Program-made: the position numbers and the translations under genes
From: Zwartia sp.
GTDB lineage: Bacteria; Pseudomonadota; Gammaproteobacteria; Burkholderiales; Burkholderiaceae_B
Direction of reading: 5' to 3'
DNA: 64,000 nucleotides
Assembly (NCBI RefSeq): GCF_049655405.1
Contig: NZ_JBASJR010000013.1
Coordinates: forward strand, 162,968 to 226,967
Notes under the pieces: model-generated
What the model saw: only the letters and a program-made list of their open reading frames with translations
What the model was told of the DNA's origin: nothing
Databases searched by the model: none
Part shown: positions 51,536-59,000 of the stretch, piece by piece
Position numbering within the stretch: the first letter of the stretch is position 1
Layout: each line of letters starts with the position of its first letter

Positions 51536-52636
51536 TTACTTGGACAGCACTTTGCTGATGGCTTCACCAATTTGAGTCGTGTTGGCTTTTCCACCCAGGT
51601 CTGGTGTGTGAGGGCCTTGGCTCAACACTTGCTCAATCGCCGTCACAATCGCATCATGCGCATCCAGATAAGGCTTTTGTTCCGCCGCTGGCATGCCACG
51701 ACCGAGGTAATCTAACATTAAGGCACCTGACCAGATCATCGCGATCGGGTTGGCGATATTTTTGCCGTAAATGTCAGGGGCAGAACCGTGGACAGGCTCA
51801 AACAATGAAGGGAACTTGCGATCTGGGTTCAGGTTAGCCGAAGGCGCCAAACCGATCGTGCCGGTACAAGCAGGACCCAAGTCAGAAAGAATATCGCCAA
51901 ACAAGTTAGAAGCTACCACCACATCAAAACGATCTGGTTGCAAGACAAAGCGTGCGGACAAAATGTCGATATGCTGTTTATCGGTGGTCACTGTTGGATA
52001 ATCTTTACCGACCTCTGCAGCGCGCTCATCCCAATAGGGCATACTGATCGCGATGCCGTTTGACTTGGTCGCAATCGTCAAATGTTTACGCGCACGACGT
52101 GAGGCCATTTCAAAAGCAAAACGCAACACACGATCGCAACCGATGCGGGTAAAGATTGACTCTTGAAGAACGATTTCGCGGTCAGTGCCTTCGAACATCT
52201 TTCCGCCCACAGCGGAATATTCGCCTTCGGTGTTTTCGCGGACGACAAAAAAGTCGATGTCGCCTGCCTTGCGATTGGCCAAGGGACAAGGTACGCCGTC
52301 AAACAAGCGGACTGGGCGCAAGTTGATGTACTGGTCGAATTCGCGACGGAACTTGAGCAGGGAACCGTACAAAGAAGTATGGTCCGGCACAATTGAAGGC
52401 ATCCCGACTGCACCGAAATAAATCGCATCACAATCTTGGAGGTGGCTCTTCCAATCTGCAGGCATCATTTCGCCAGTTTTGGCGTAGTAATCACAAGACG
52501 CCCAGTCAAAATGACGGTATTCAAGATTGAGGCCAAACTTCTCTGAGGCAGTCTTCAATACCCGCAAACCCTCGGGCATCACTTCTTTACCAATACCATC
52601 ACCAGGCAGTACTGCAATACGAAATGGGCGACTCAT
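51536..52636 (-). CDS. Tartrate dehydrogenase/decarboxylase-like (isopropylmalate/isocitrate dehydrogenase family)
   Basis: FRIAVLPGDGIGKEV start, NLFGDILSD and EPVHGSAPDI motifs. The 366-aa size and sequence look like the TtuC/D-malate dehydrogenase subgroup. Confidence 0.85.
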   Translation of the reverse strand: MSRPFRIAVLPGDGIGKEVMPEGLRVLKTASEKFGLNLEYRHFDWASCDYYAKTGEMMPADWKSHLQDCDAIYFGAVGMPSIVPDHTSLYGSLLKFRREFDQYINLRPVRLFDGVPCPLANRKAGDIDFFVVRENTEGEYSAVGGKMFEGTDREIVLQESIFTRIGCDRVLRFAFEMASRRARKHLTIATKSNGIAISMPYWDERAAEVGKDYPTVTTDKQHIDILSARFVLQPDRFDVVVASNLFGDILSDLGPACTGTIGLAPSANLNPDRKFPSLFEPVHGSAPDIYGKNIANPIAMIWSGALMLDYLGRGMPAAEQKPYLDAHDAIVTAIEQVLSQGPHTPDLGGKANTTQIGEAISKVLSK

Positions 52637-52672
52637 GCGCTAATCCCCTTGATTAAAGTTATCTGAATCTTA

Positions 52673-54232
52673 CTATTTTTTACAGGTCGAAGGACCCAAG
52701 GCGTCCTGAGCTGCCCGATTGATGCCAGCATTGAGCTCGGCAATGTTAGAAACGCGATACATCTTGCCGCCCGTCGCCTCTGCCACACACGCGGCGGCAC
52801 CCGAGCCACCGATATCGACCACGTTAATTTTAAGATGCGGTTTTTGCCTGGCGAGATTTCGGGCGACCGCACAAGGATCTCCGCCGCACGACTCGCCACC
52901 GTCAGAGACCAATAAAATCGTACTTTCTTTATTTACCCCATCCACTAACCTGCCCGCTTCCAAAATGCCATCGGCAAGCGGTGTACCTTGGTGGGGACGT
53001 AAGCTTCTCAACTGATTGATCATCTGTCCTCGCTGCGAGGGTGCGAATCGGCCCATATTACGGGCGGCAGGACAGGCGTCGACCACGACCAGCCCTGTCC
53101 CCACGTCAGAGGGCAAGCGCTGTAAAACATCCACTGTCGCTTGTTGAGCGGTCACCATACGAGTCGGCTGACGGGTCAAATACTCAAGTTTTTGTCGGTC
53201 TTGGCCGCTCATAAACTGCATCGCCAGAGGCCCACGATTTAAATTTGCAAACACCCATTGCTCGTCCTGACGCGAAGCATTGATATTGACCATCATTGAT
53301 CCAGAAGAATCAAACACCACCACCATTTCAGGTGCGAGAGCAGCAGGACGATCTTCTGGGCAAAGATTTTTAGCCGTTGTAATGGTGGCAGGAGGCTTGA
53401 CTACCGGCTTAGGCTTTGGAGGTGGTGGTGGCACAGGTTTAGGTGGCTTGACAGGCTCTGGCACAGGAATAGGTTCAGGTTCCGGTTCAGGTGTTGGCTC
53501 AGGCTCGGAGACAGGCTCAGGATCCACCACGGGCAAGTCAGCTGGCTTGGGCACATGAATGGGCTCTGGTGGCTCAGGTACCACAACAGGCTGAGGTGGT
53601 TCGGGCTCAGGCGTCACCACAGCAACAGGCTCAGTCACAGGCACTTGAATAGGCAGTTCAACTTTATTAAAGGGTGAACGCGGACACCAAAACCACCATA
53701 GTAAAAATACAAACAATAATAAAAGCAATGCACCCAGAAGCCACTTCCAAAGCTGACTGGACGCAATCGGTGATGCGATGAGTGGAACAACCGGTGCCGC
53801 TAAAATTTTTCGGGGAGATTCGGCCGCAATCGCTCGATTCCAATACAGCAAAACTGGCTGCCCACCGACTGAGTAAATCGCATCAATTGGAGGATCTGCA
53901 CTCGCATCGCGCAACAGACTTAATAGAGATGGATCATGAGTAGGCTGAGCAGCATATGATTCTGCGAACTGTCCAATCGCTCGCAAGCGCTCGAATAACG
54001 CGATGCGCAAATGCAAAGCAGCGGCTTCAGGCAACTCCGCGTATGGAATGGGCTGGCCCGCAAAAGATGTGTGCCACTGCACCGTACCATCTGTTGACAC
54101 GCGAGGCGCGGCATACAGTGCCACCACACTTGGTGGCACAGAAGCACCTAATACCCGTATAAAAGAATCATGCAGCGTCTCCAAGCCTTGAACGGACGTG
54201 AAAGCAAAGCGACGCTGCACAATTCGATTCAT
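52673..54232 (-). CDS. Bitopic membrane protein: cytoplasmic N-domain, TM, TonB-like EP/KP proline rod, periplasmic vWA domain
   Basis: TM LWKWLLGALLLLLFVFLLWWFWC. About 88-aa Pro-rich rod (PEPEPPQP...EPEPTPEPEPEPIPVPEPVKPPKPVPPPPPKPKPVVKPP). vWA with intact MIDAS (VVVFDSSGSM; ILLVSDGGE). ATG 54232 lies 4 nt after the upstream stop with GGAG SD. Confidence 0.75.
   Translation of the reverse strand: MNRIVQRRFAFTSVQGLETLHDSFIRVLGASVPPSVVALYAAPRVSTDGTVQWHTSFAGQPIPYAELPEAAALHLRIALFERLRAIGQFAESYAAQPTHDPSLLSLLRDASADPPIDAIYSVGGQPVLLYWNRAIAAESPRKILAAPVVPLIASPIASSQLWKWLLGALLLLLFVFLLWWFWCPRSPFNKVELPIQVPVTEPVAVVTPEPEPPQPVVVPEPPEPIHVPKPADLPVVDPEPVSEPEPTPEPEPEPIPVPEPVKPPKPVPPPPPKPKPVVKPPATITTAKNLCPEDRPAALAPEMVVVFDSSGSMMVNINASRQDEQWVFANLNRGPLAMQFMSGQDRQKLEYLTRQPTRMVTAQQATVDVLQRLPSDVGTGLVVVDACPAARNMGRFAPSQRGQMINQLRSLRPHQGTPLADGILEAGRLVDGVNKESTILLVSDGGESCGGDPCAVARNLARQKPHLKINVVDIGGSGAAACVAEATGGKMYRVSNIAELNAGINRAAQDALGPSTCKK
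53390..53653 (-). repeat. Degenerate short tandem repeats encoding the EP/KP proline rod
   Basis: Plus-strand text shows reiterated GGYTCAGG/GGTGG units (ggttcaggttccggttcaggtgttggctcaggctcgg...). These translate on the minus strand to (E/K/V)-P repeats, including PPPPP. Confidence 0.6.
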
Positions 54233-54236
54233 TGAC

Positions 54237-54752
54237 CTACTCCAGAATGGCAGATTGCTTGCGCAGTTTTTCCACCTCAACCTCAACCGCTTGAATGCGC
54301 GTCTGTAACTCTTGAGCGTTGGTCGTACCAGAAGTTACAGGCGTTTTTTGTAGTGCATCCAAACGTGCACGCGCAACCTTGATCTGCTCAGTCAAGGCTT
54401 GGTTGGAAGGATTGCTTGCCTGGACGGATCGAAGATAAGCACCGACGCTGCGCGTGATGTTTGTCACGTCAGCACGACGCTTGACCACATCAGCTGCGAC
54501 TAAAGAATTTTTCTTTTCCATGTCAGCGACTGCCTGACGCAACAAGACATTATTTTGTCTTTCAGCTGCAAGCTGTGCTTCCTTGTCCTGCGCACGTGCA
54601 TCGTATGAACCAGAAAAATCGCAGTTCATTTTGGTCAATAAACCTGCGTCTCGCATCGCTTTAGGATCGCACCCAGCCTTGTCCATCGTACAGGCCGCCA
54701 ACAAGGTCGTGAGCCCAAGAACAGTGATTACTTTAGAAACTTGTTTCATCAT
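54237..54752 (-). CDS. Coiled-coil lipoprotein
   Basis: Lipobox LLAAC after a typical signal peptide. The rest is heptad-like and charged (AQLAAERQNNVLLRQAVADMEKKN...RIQAVEVEVEKLRKQ). No family recognised. Confidence 0.6.
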   Translation of the reverse strand: MMKQVSKVITVLGLTTLLAACTMDKAGCDPKAMRDAGLLTKMNCDFSGSYDARAQDKEAQLAAERQNNVLLRQAVADMEKKNSLVAADVVKRRADVTNITRSVGAYLRSVQASNPSNQALTEQIKVARARLDALQKTPVTSGTTNAQELQTRIQAVEVEVEKLRKQSAILE

Positions 54753-54759
54753 TTCACCA

Positions 54760-55467
54760 TTAACCAGTTACTTTAATCGAAGAGGCCAAACCATAAGCCA
54801 CATCAAGTTGACCTTTCATCGCATCGCGTGTCCGGCTGAGCTGATCAAGCTGACCTTGCAATTGACGCACATCTGCACCGACTGCCCGCTCCTTTTCAAT
54901 GATGTCCTGATACTCATCCACACGGGTATTGATGTTGGCTAACTCCTTTTCAAGGAATGCCTTGTTTGCATTGATACGGTCAAGCTCAGCCTTGGCCTTT
55001 TTTTGGTCAACCTGCTTGGCAGCAACTTGTGCATTCAGCGTCTTTAAGGTTCGCTGATTTTCTTGCAATACAACATTGATATTTTTCATACGGGTCTGCA
55101 ATTTTTGATTGTCAGCCTGCACATCCTGAATGAACGAATTAATCCGCTGCTCGTTATTGGCATATTTTGCACGACGTTGATCAAGCAAATAATTGGCGCC
55201 AGCACCGACACCACAACCTGCAACAGCAGCAATCGCCATACAGGCAGCCTTATTACCAGAGTTGCTCAGCGCACAAGCCAGTACACCCGTCAAAGCACCC
55301 GCCGCACAAGCTTGTGCACCTGACTTACTAAAAAACTTCGCTTCTTCGCCCTCTGTCAGGCGCGGATCAACATCACCTCCACCCATGTTTTGGCAACCTG
55401 CCAAGAACAAACAACTGACTAATGCAATAAATGCTGAGCGTAATTTAAGGCTTGATTGTGAAAACAC
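54760..55467 (-). CDS. Lipoprotein with glycine/alanine-zipper segment and long coiled coil
   Basis: Lipobox FLAGC. Gly/Ala/Cys-rich zipper (GAQACAAGALTGVLACALS...AIAAVAGCGVGAGANY), then about 130 aa of coiled coil. GTG start preceded by GGAG SD, 11 nt after the upstream stop. Confidence 0.6.
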   Translation of the reverse strand: MFSQSSLKLRSAFIALVSCLFLAGCQNMGGGDVDPRLTEGEEAKFFSKSGAQACAAGALTGVLACALSNSGNKAACMAIAAVAGCGVGAGANYLLDQRRAKYANNEQRINSFIQDVQADNQKLQTRMKNINVVLQENQRTLKTLNAQVAAKQVDQKKAKAELDRINANKAFLEKELANINTRVDEYQDIIEKERAVGADVRQLQGQLDQLSRTRDAMKGQLDVAYGLASSIKVTG

Positions 55468-55478
55468 GTGACGACTCC

Positions 55479-57086
55479 TTAGTTAACTGAGACTTTTTTA
55501 CATGCGGATAGCCACTCAGACTGAGTGATCTTCCTATCTTTCAGATACTGACCTAAATGTGACCAATACGTATCGACATATGCATCGAGGTTGCTGCTTT
55601 TTCTTGCCAATAACTGCTGACGCTTAATGGCAACCTCTGGCGACACCATCGGAGCGGTATAGATGGCACCTGCCTCGACAATACTGTCCGAATAGAGACC
55701 CAAGGCAAGCTCCTGTGCTACTTTGCGAGTATCCACATTTCGCTTGATCAGCGAACAACGTGCTTGGTCTTCTTTTGCGAGAGTCTCAACCTTGGAACAC
55801 CCTTCGTCATAATTCTTTTTAAGCCCGTCATAAAAACGACCTTCTCGATTCAACAAAACGCACATAAAAGCGCCCTGTTGGAGCGCAGAACGAATTGCAA
55901 TCCCTCGTTGCTCATCACGTGTTTGGTTGCTACTTCGCAACTCAGTGCGCAATGCTTCAAGTTCCTTTTTTAGCTTGTCGTCTTTTAAACCTGACATCAG
56001 ATTGCTAAGACGCTCGACTGTGCTCGTCGCGGCTGGGCCTTGCGCATTCGCACTTGCATTGGGTGCATTCTCACGCGTACCGAGCTCAGCCCACCCCTGC
56101 TCAATTTCCTTACTACGATTTGCCGATGTTAAGGAGGGTGCCACCACGACAAGCCTAAATCCTGAGGTCTTCTGTTTGTTGGGTGCAGCCTCTCGGTAAT
56201 AGGTTTGCTCTTGGCGCCAAGACGTACGAATGTCACTCTCAGGCGTCATATAGTTGGCACCTCGAACGATAAAGCCACCCGCTTGCCCGTGAAATCGATC
56301 AAGTTTGTTTAGACGAAACGACTCAAACATCATTTCATCTGCATTGCCCAACATATCATGCAAACCTAGAGGATTAGGTTGTAGCAAACCAGCCAGTTGA
56401 AGTTTGCCGTTTGCAGATTGTGATCCTGCAAACCAAACATATTTATTCATCCCGTCGGGCATCGGAAACGTTGCTTCACGAAACTCGGTGCTCGATACGC
56501 TGTTGCCACCACGTGCTGCAAACTCCCACTCCACTTCAGTCGGCAAGCGCACAAACCCGGCAACATTGTCCTCAACAGGCAAACTCTTGAGTGCATTCGC
56601 ACGCAACCAGATGTTGAGTGTGTCACCAAATTGCATCGCTTCAAACCAACTCAGCTCAACTTTAGGCAGCATCAGCTTGACTGAAGGTCTTGGGCAAGTC
56701 TCCTGCATCACCGATTGGTATTGAAGCTGGGTGACCTCATACTTTGCCATCAAATAGTAGCGACCAGGATTGGGCTTGTCAGTTGTAAAGCTACCGGCAA
56801 TGTGAGCAGGATGCGCTTGTTCGAGATAACGCAATGCTGCACCCTCAGAACCGAGCGTCACGCCAAAATCTTCGAGCGGCTTACTGAGAGGAACATGCAC
56901 ACGACGAAAAACCATGGAGCCCTCGCAAGGCATGGGCAAGACCACATCGTCCTCCGTTGGCTTTGGATTAAAAAAACGTGCTTCCCAAGGGGCAGAAACA
57001 GCCAACGCGCTACACAGCGACAAGCCAAGAACACAGGACAAATTAAATAGGCTTCTAAAGATCACGCAAACTCTCCGCTGGTTCAA
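55479..57086 (-). CDS. Exported FGE-sulfatase (SUMF1)-fold protein lacking the catalytic Cys pair, with about 215-aa C-terminal extension (TagR-like)
   Basis: Signal peptide. FGE-fold blocks YLMAKYEVTQLQY, RLPTEVEWEFAARGG, NPLGLHDMLGNADEMM, FIVRGANY, SGFRLVV. No Cys in the region where FGE active-site cysteines lie. Start is TTG 57086 or GTG 57065; both overlap the permease gene. Confidence 0.8.
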   Translation of the reverse strand: MNQRRVCVIFRSLFNLSCVLGLSLCSALAVSAPWEARFFNPKPTEDDVVLPMPCEGSMVFRRVHVPLSKPLEDFGVTLGSEGAALRYLEQAHPAHIAGSFTTDKPNPGRYYLMAKYEVTQLQYQSVMQETCPRPSVKLMLPKVELSWFEAMQFGDTLNIWLRANALKSLPVEDNVAGFVRLPTEVEWEFAARGGNSVSSTEFREATFPMPDGMNKYVWFAGSQSANGKLQLAGLLQPNPLGLHDMLGNADEMMFESFRLNKLDRFHGQAGGFIVRGANYMTPESDIRTSWRQEQTYYREAAPNKQKTSGFRLVVVAPSLTSANRSKEIEQGWAELGTRENAPNASANAQGPAATSTVERLSNLMSGLKDDKLKKELEALRTELRSSNQTRDEQRGIAIRSALQQGAFMCVLLNREGRFYDGLKKNYDEGCSKVETLAKEDQARCSLIKRNVDTRKVAQELALGLYSDSIVEAGAIYTAPMVSPEVAIKRQQLLARKSSNLDAYVDTYWSHLGQYLKDRKITQSEWLSACKKVSVN

Positions 57087-58296
57087 TTTTTGTCACCACA
57101 ACACCTCCTACACCCGCCACGACTAGGGCCAACATTAGAGCGCCTGCAAGCGCCATCACAAAATGTATGGGCTCAAGTCGGCAGACGAAACGATCCGCTT
57201 TCATATATTCGCCCAGCATTTGATTAAACAATTGACTCCCCAACAAATACATCAAGCAGCCCACGGTAAACCCCGTCACCGTCAACACAGCGGACTGCAT
57301 CACCACATACCCTTGCATGGCCAGTCGTCCATAACCCATCAATCTCAATAGCGCAAGATCCTTACGCTTACGGTCAATATTGGCCATGAATGCACCGATC
57401 AGCGATGCGGCACAGCCCAGCACTGCAATCCAGGCAATGACGCCAAAAACAATTCCCAGCACCTTATCAATGGACTGTACGGATTTAATTTCAGCCAGTC
57501 GACTAGACGTCTCGATGCCCTCCTTCAACAGACGGTTTGCCAAAGCCTCAACATTCTCTATTTTGTCGGCATATATTCTCGCTCGAGCAAAATGGGTGCG
57601 AGGCTGAAGGGCCGAACCTGTTTCTACACCAGAGCCGGGAACGTAGAAGCCATCACGAAAGTCTTCCACTTCAATGAGAAGAGGCAATGTCAAAAAAACA
57701 GCGGGGCGAGAAAAAGACTCGGGGGGCAAAATAGCTAAAACACGCACCTCAATCTGCGCACGCTCTGTGCGACTTTCGTGCAAACGGGTCACTCTAAGTT
57801 GAATCCTCTCTCCTGGCTTAACCGCGAGCCGAGAGGCGGCCGAAGACGACAGTACGACATCGTTCCTACCTTGAGGAATTGAGATCCCATCCAGGACAGG
57901 ATCGTTGATAGCTGTTGGAATCAACTCGACATTTTCTGCAAAACGTCGACTATCCACAAAGAGATCTGCAATCGTATTGAGAGACCGCGTCAAAGGCATC
58001 ACAAAACCCACGCCCTCTAAGTTGCGCATTTTTTCAAACCAAGTGGGCTCAAGCTTTGCACTTGCGAGCATGCGAATTTCAAGATTACGAGGATCAGAAA
58101 GCAACTCCGCACGCATCTGACTCACAATTCCAAACTTCAACCCAAATAACAACAATAAAGGCGCCACAACAGCCACAATCGAGGCCATAATACAAATCGA
58201 AACTTTGCGATCGTGCAGCAGGTCACTTAAACCAAGCGACAACAGCACCTTGAGTGGAGGTGCGGAAAAAGTTGAAGACTGTTTAGAGGCGCTCAT
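57055..58296 (-). CDS. ABC transporter permease, FtsX/MacB-type (4 TM with large periplasmic domain; TagS-like)
   Basis: TM1, about 230-aa periplasmic domain, then three TMs with RKRKDLALLRLMG and C-terminal EPAESLRDL, typical of the MacB/LolCE/FtsX family. 14-nt overlap with the ATPase gene. Confidence 0.88.
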   Translation of the reverse strand: MSASKQSSTFSAPPLKVLLSLGLSDLLHDRKVSICIMASIVAVVAPLLLLFGLKFGIVSQMRAELLSDPRNLEIRMLASAKLEPTWFEKMRNLEGVGFVMPLTRSLNTIADLFVDSRRFAENVELIPTAINDPVLDGISIPQGRNDVVLSSSAASRLAVKPGERIQLRVTRLHESRTERAQIEVRVLAILPPESFSRPAVFLTLPLLIEVEDFRDGFYVPGSGVETGSALQPRTHFARARIYADKIENVEALANRLLKEGIETSSRLAEIKSVQSIDKVLGIVFGVIAWIAVLGCAASLIGAFMANIDRKRKDLALLRLMGYGRLAMQGYVVMQSAVLTVTGFTVGCLMYLLGSQLFNQMLGEYMKADRFVCRLEPIHFVMALAGALMLALVVAGVGGVVVTKIEPAESLRDL

Positions 58297-58999
58297 TAAA
58301 AACAGTCCTTCGTTGTGCGCTCACAGTTCCTACAATCTGCCTGATCCCTACATCCTCCACTAAAGACCACTCGTGCGTCACGATCAATGCACCAATACTA
58401 AATTCACGGGCAATCTCGACGATTAATGTGAACAACTCCTTGGCTAATATTGGATCAAGCGCGGCAGTCGGTTCATCCGCCAACAACAAGCCGGGACGAT
58501 GCGCAATGGAGCGAACAAAAGAAACGCGCTGACGCTCTCCAATTGACAGTTGCGCAGGCATGCGCCCGAGTAACGGCTCTAAACGCAATCGCTCAATGAC
58601 TTGTTCGAGAAAGGAATCCCTACCCTGCAGTCCAACCAGTTTCCTTGGTAATTCAATGTTTTGCTTGACGTTTAAAAACGGGAGTAAGCCACCACTTTGT
58701 GGCACAAAACCCAGGTAATGCTGACGTAATCTGGCCCAACGCGTCTCACGTTCTGAAGCACTCAGGTGCAAATCCCCCGTCAAGTCCACAGCACCCAAAC
58801 GATGATGCGTAACTGACTTTGGCTCCAGTATTAAACCAAGGGCCTCTAGCAAGGTGCTTTTCCCACACCCGCTGGGTCCAACAATGGCCGCAACATCTCC
58901 AGCATTGAGTCGACATGCAGATAGGGCCACTGCATAGGACTCACCTTCACGTCCACGCGAGACTTCCATATCGCTCACATCGAGAATAGGCTCAGTCAC
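58283..58999 (-). CDS. ABC transporter ATP-binding protein (MacB/LolD-like; TagT-like)
   Basis: Walker A GPSGCGKST, Q-loop, signature LSIGERQR, Walker B LLLADEPTAALD, H-loop THE. GTG start 1 nt after the upstream stop. Confidence 0.93.
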   Translation of the reverse strand: MTEPILDVSDMEVSRGREGESYAVALSACRLNAGDVAAIVGPSGCGKSTLLEALGLILEPKSVTHHRLGAVDLTGDLHLSASERETRWARLRQHYLGFVPQSGGLLPFLNVKQNIELPRKLVGLQGRDSFLEQVIERLRLEPLLGRMPAQLSIGERQRVSFVRSIAHRPGLLLADEPTAALDPILAKELFTLIVEIAREFSIGALIVTHEWSLVEDVGIRQIVGTVSAQRRTVFNERL

Positions 59000-59000
59000 G

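Noticed and set aside
53280-53558. 92-aa Gly-rich plus-strand ORF (GGLTTGLGFGGGGGTGLGG...)
   Set aside because: It is the mirror image of the proline-rod coding repeats (CCN antisense gives GGN). It is an artefact of low-complexity sequence. The same applies to the 303-497 minus ORF opposite the Pro/Ala-rich SPOR linker.
55479-57086. Annotating the FGE-fold protein as a functional formylglycine-generating enzyme or sulfatase maturase
   Set aside because: The C-terminal catalytic cysteine pair is absent and no sulfatase is nearby. The fold is widely used as a non-catalytic module.
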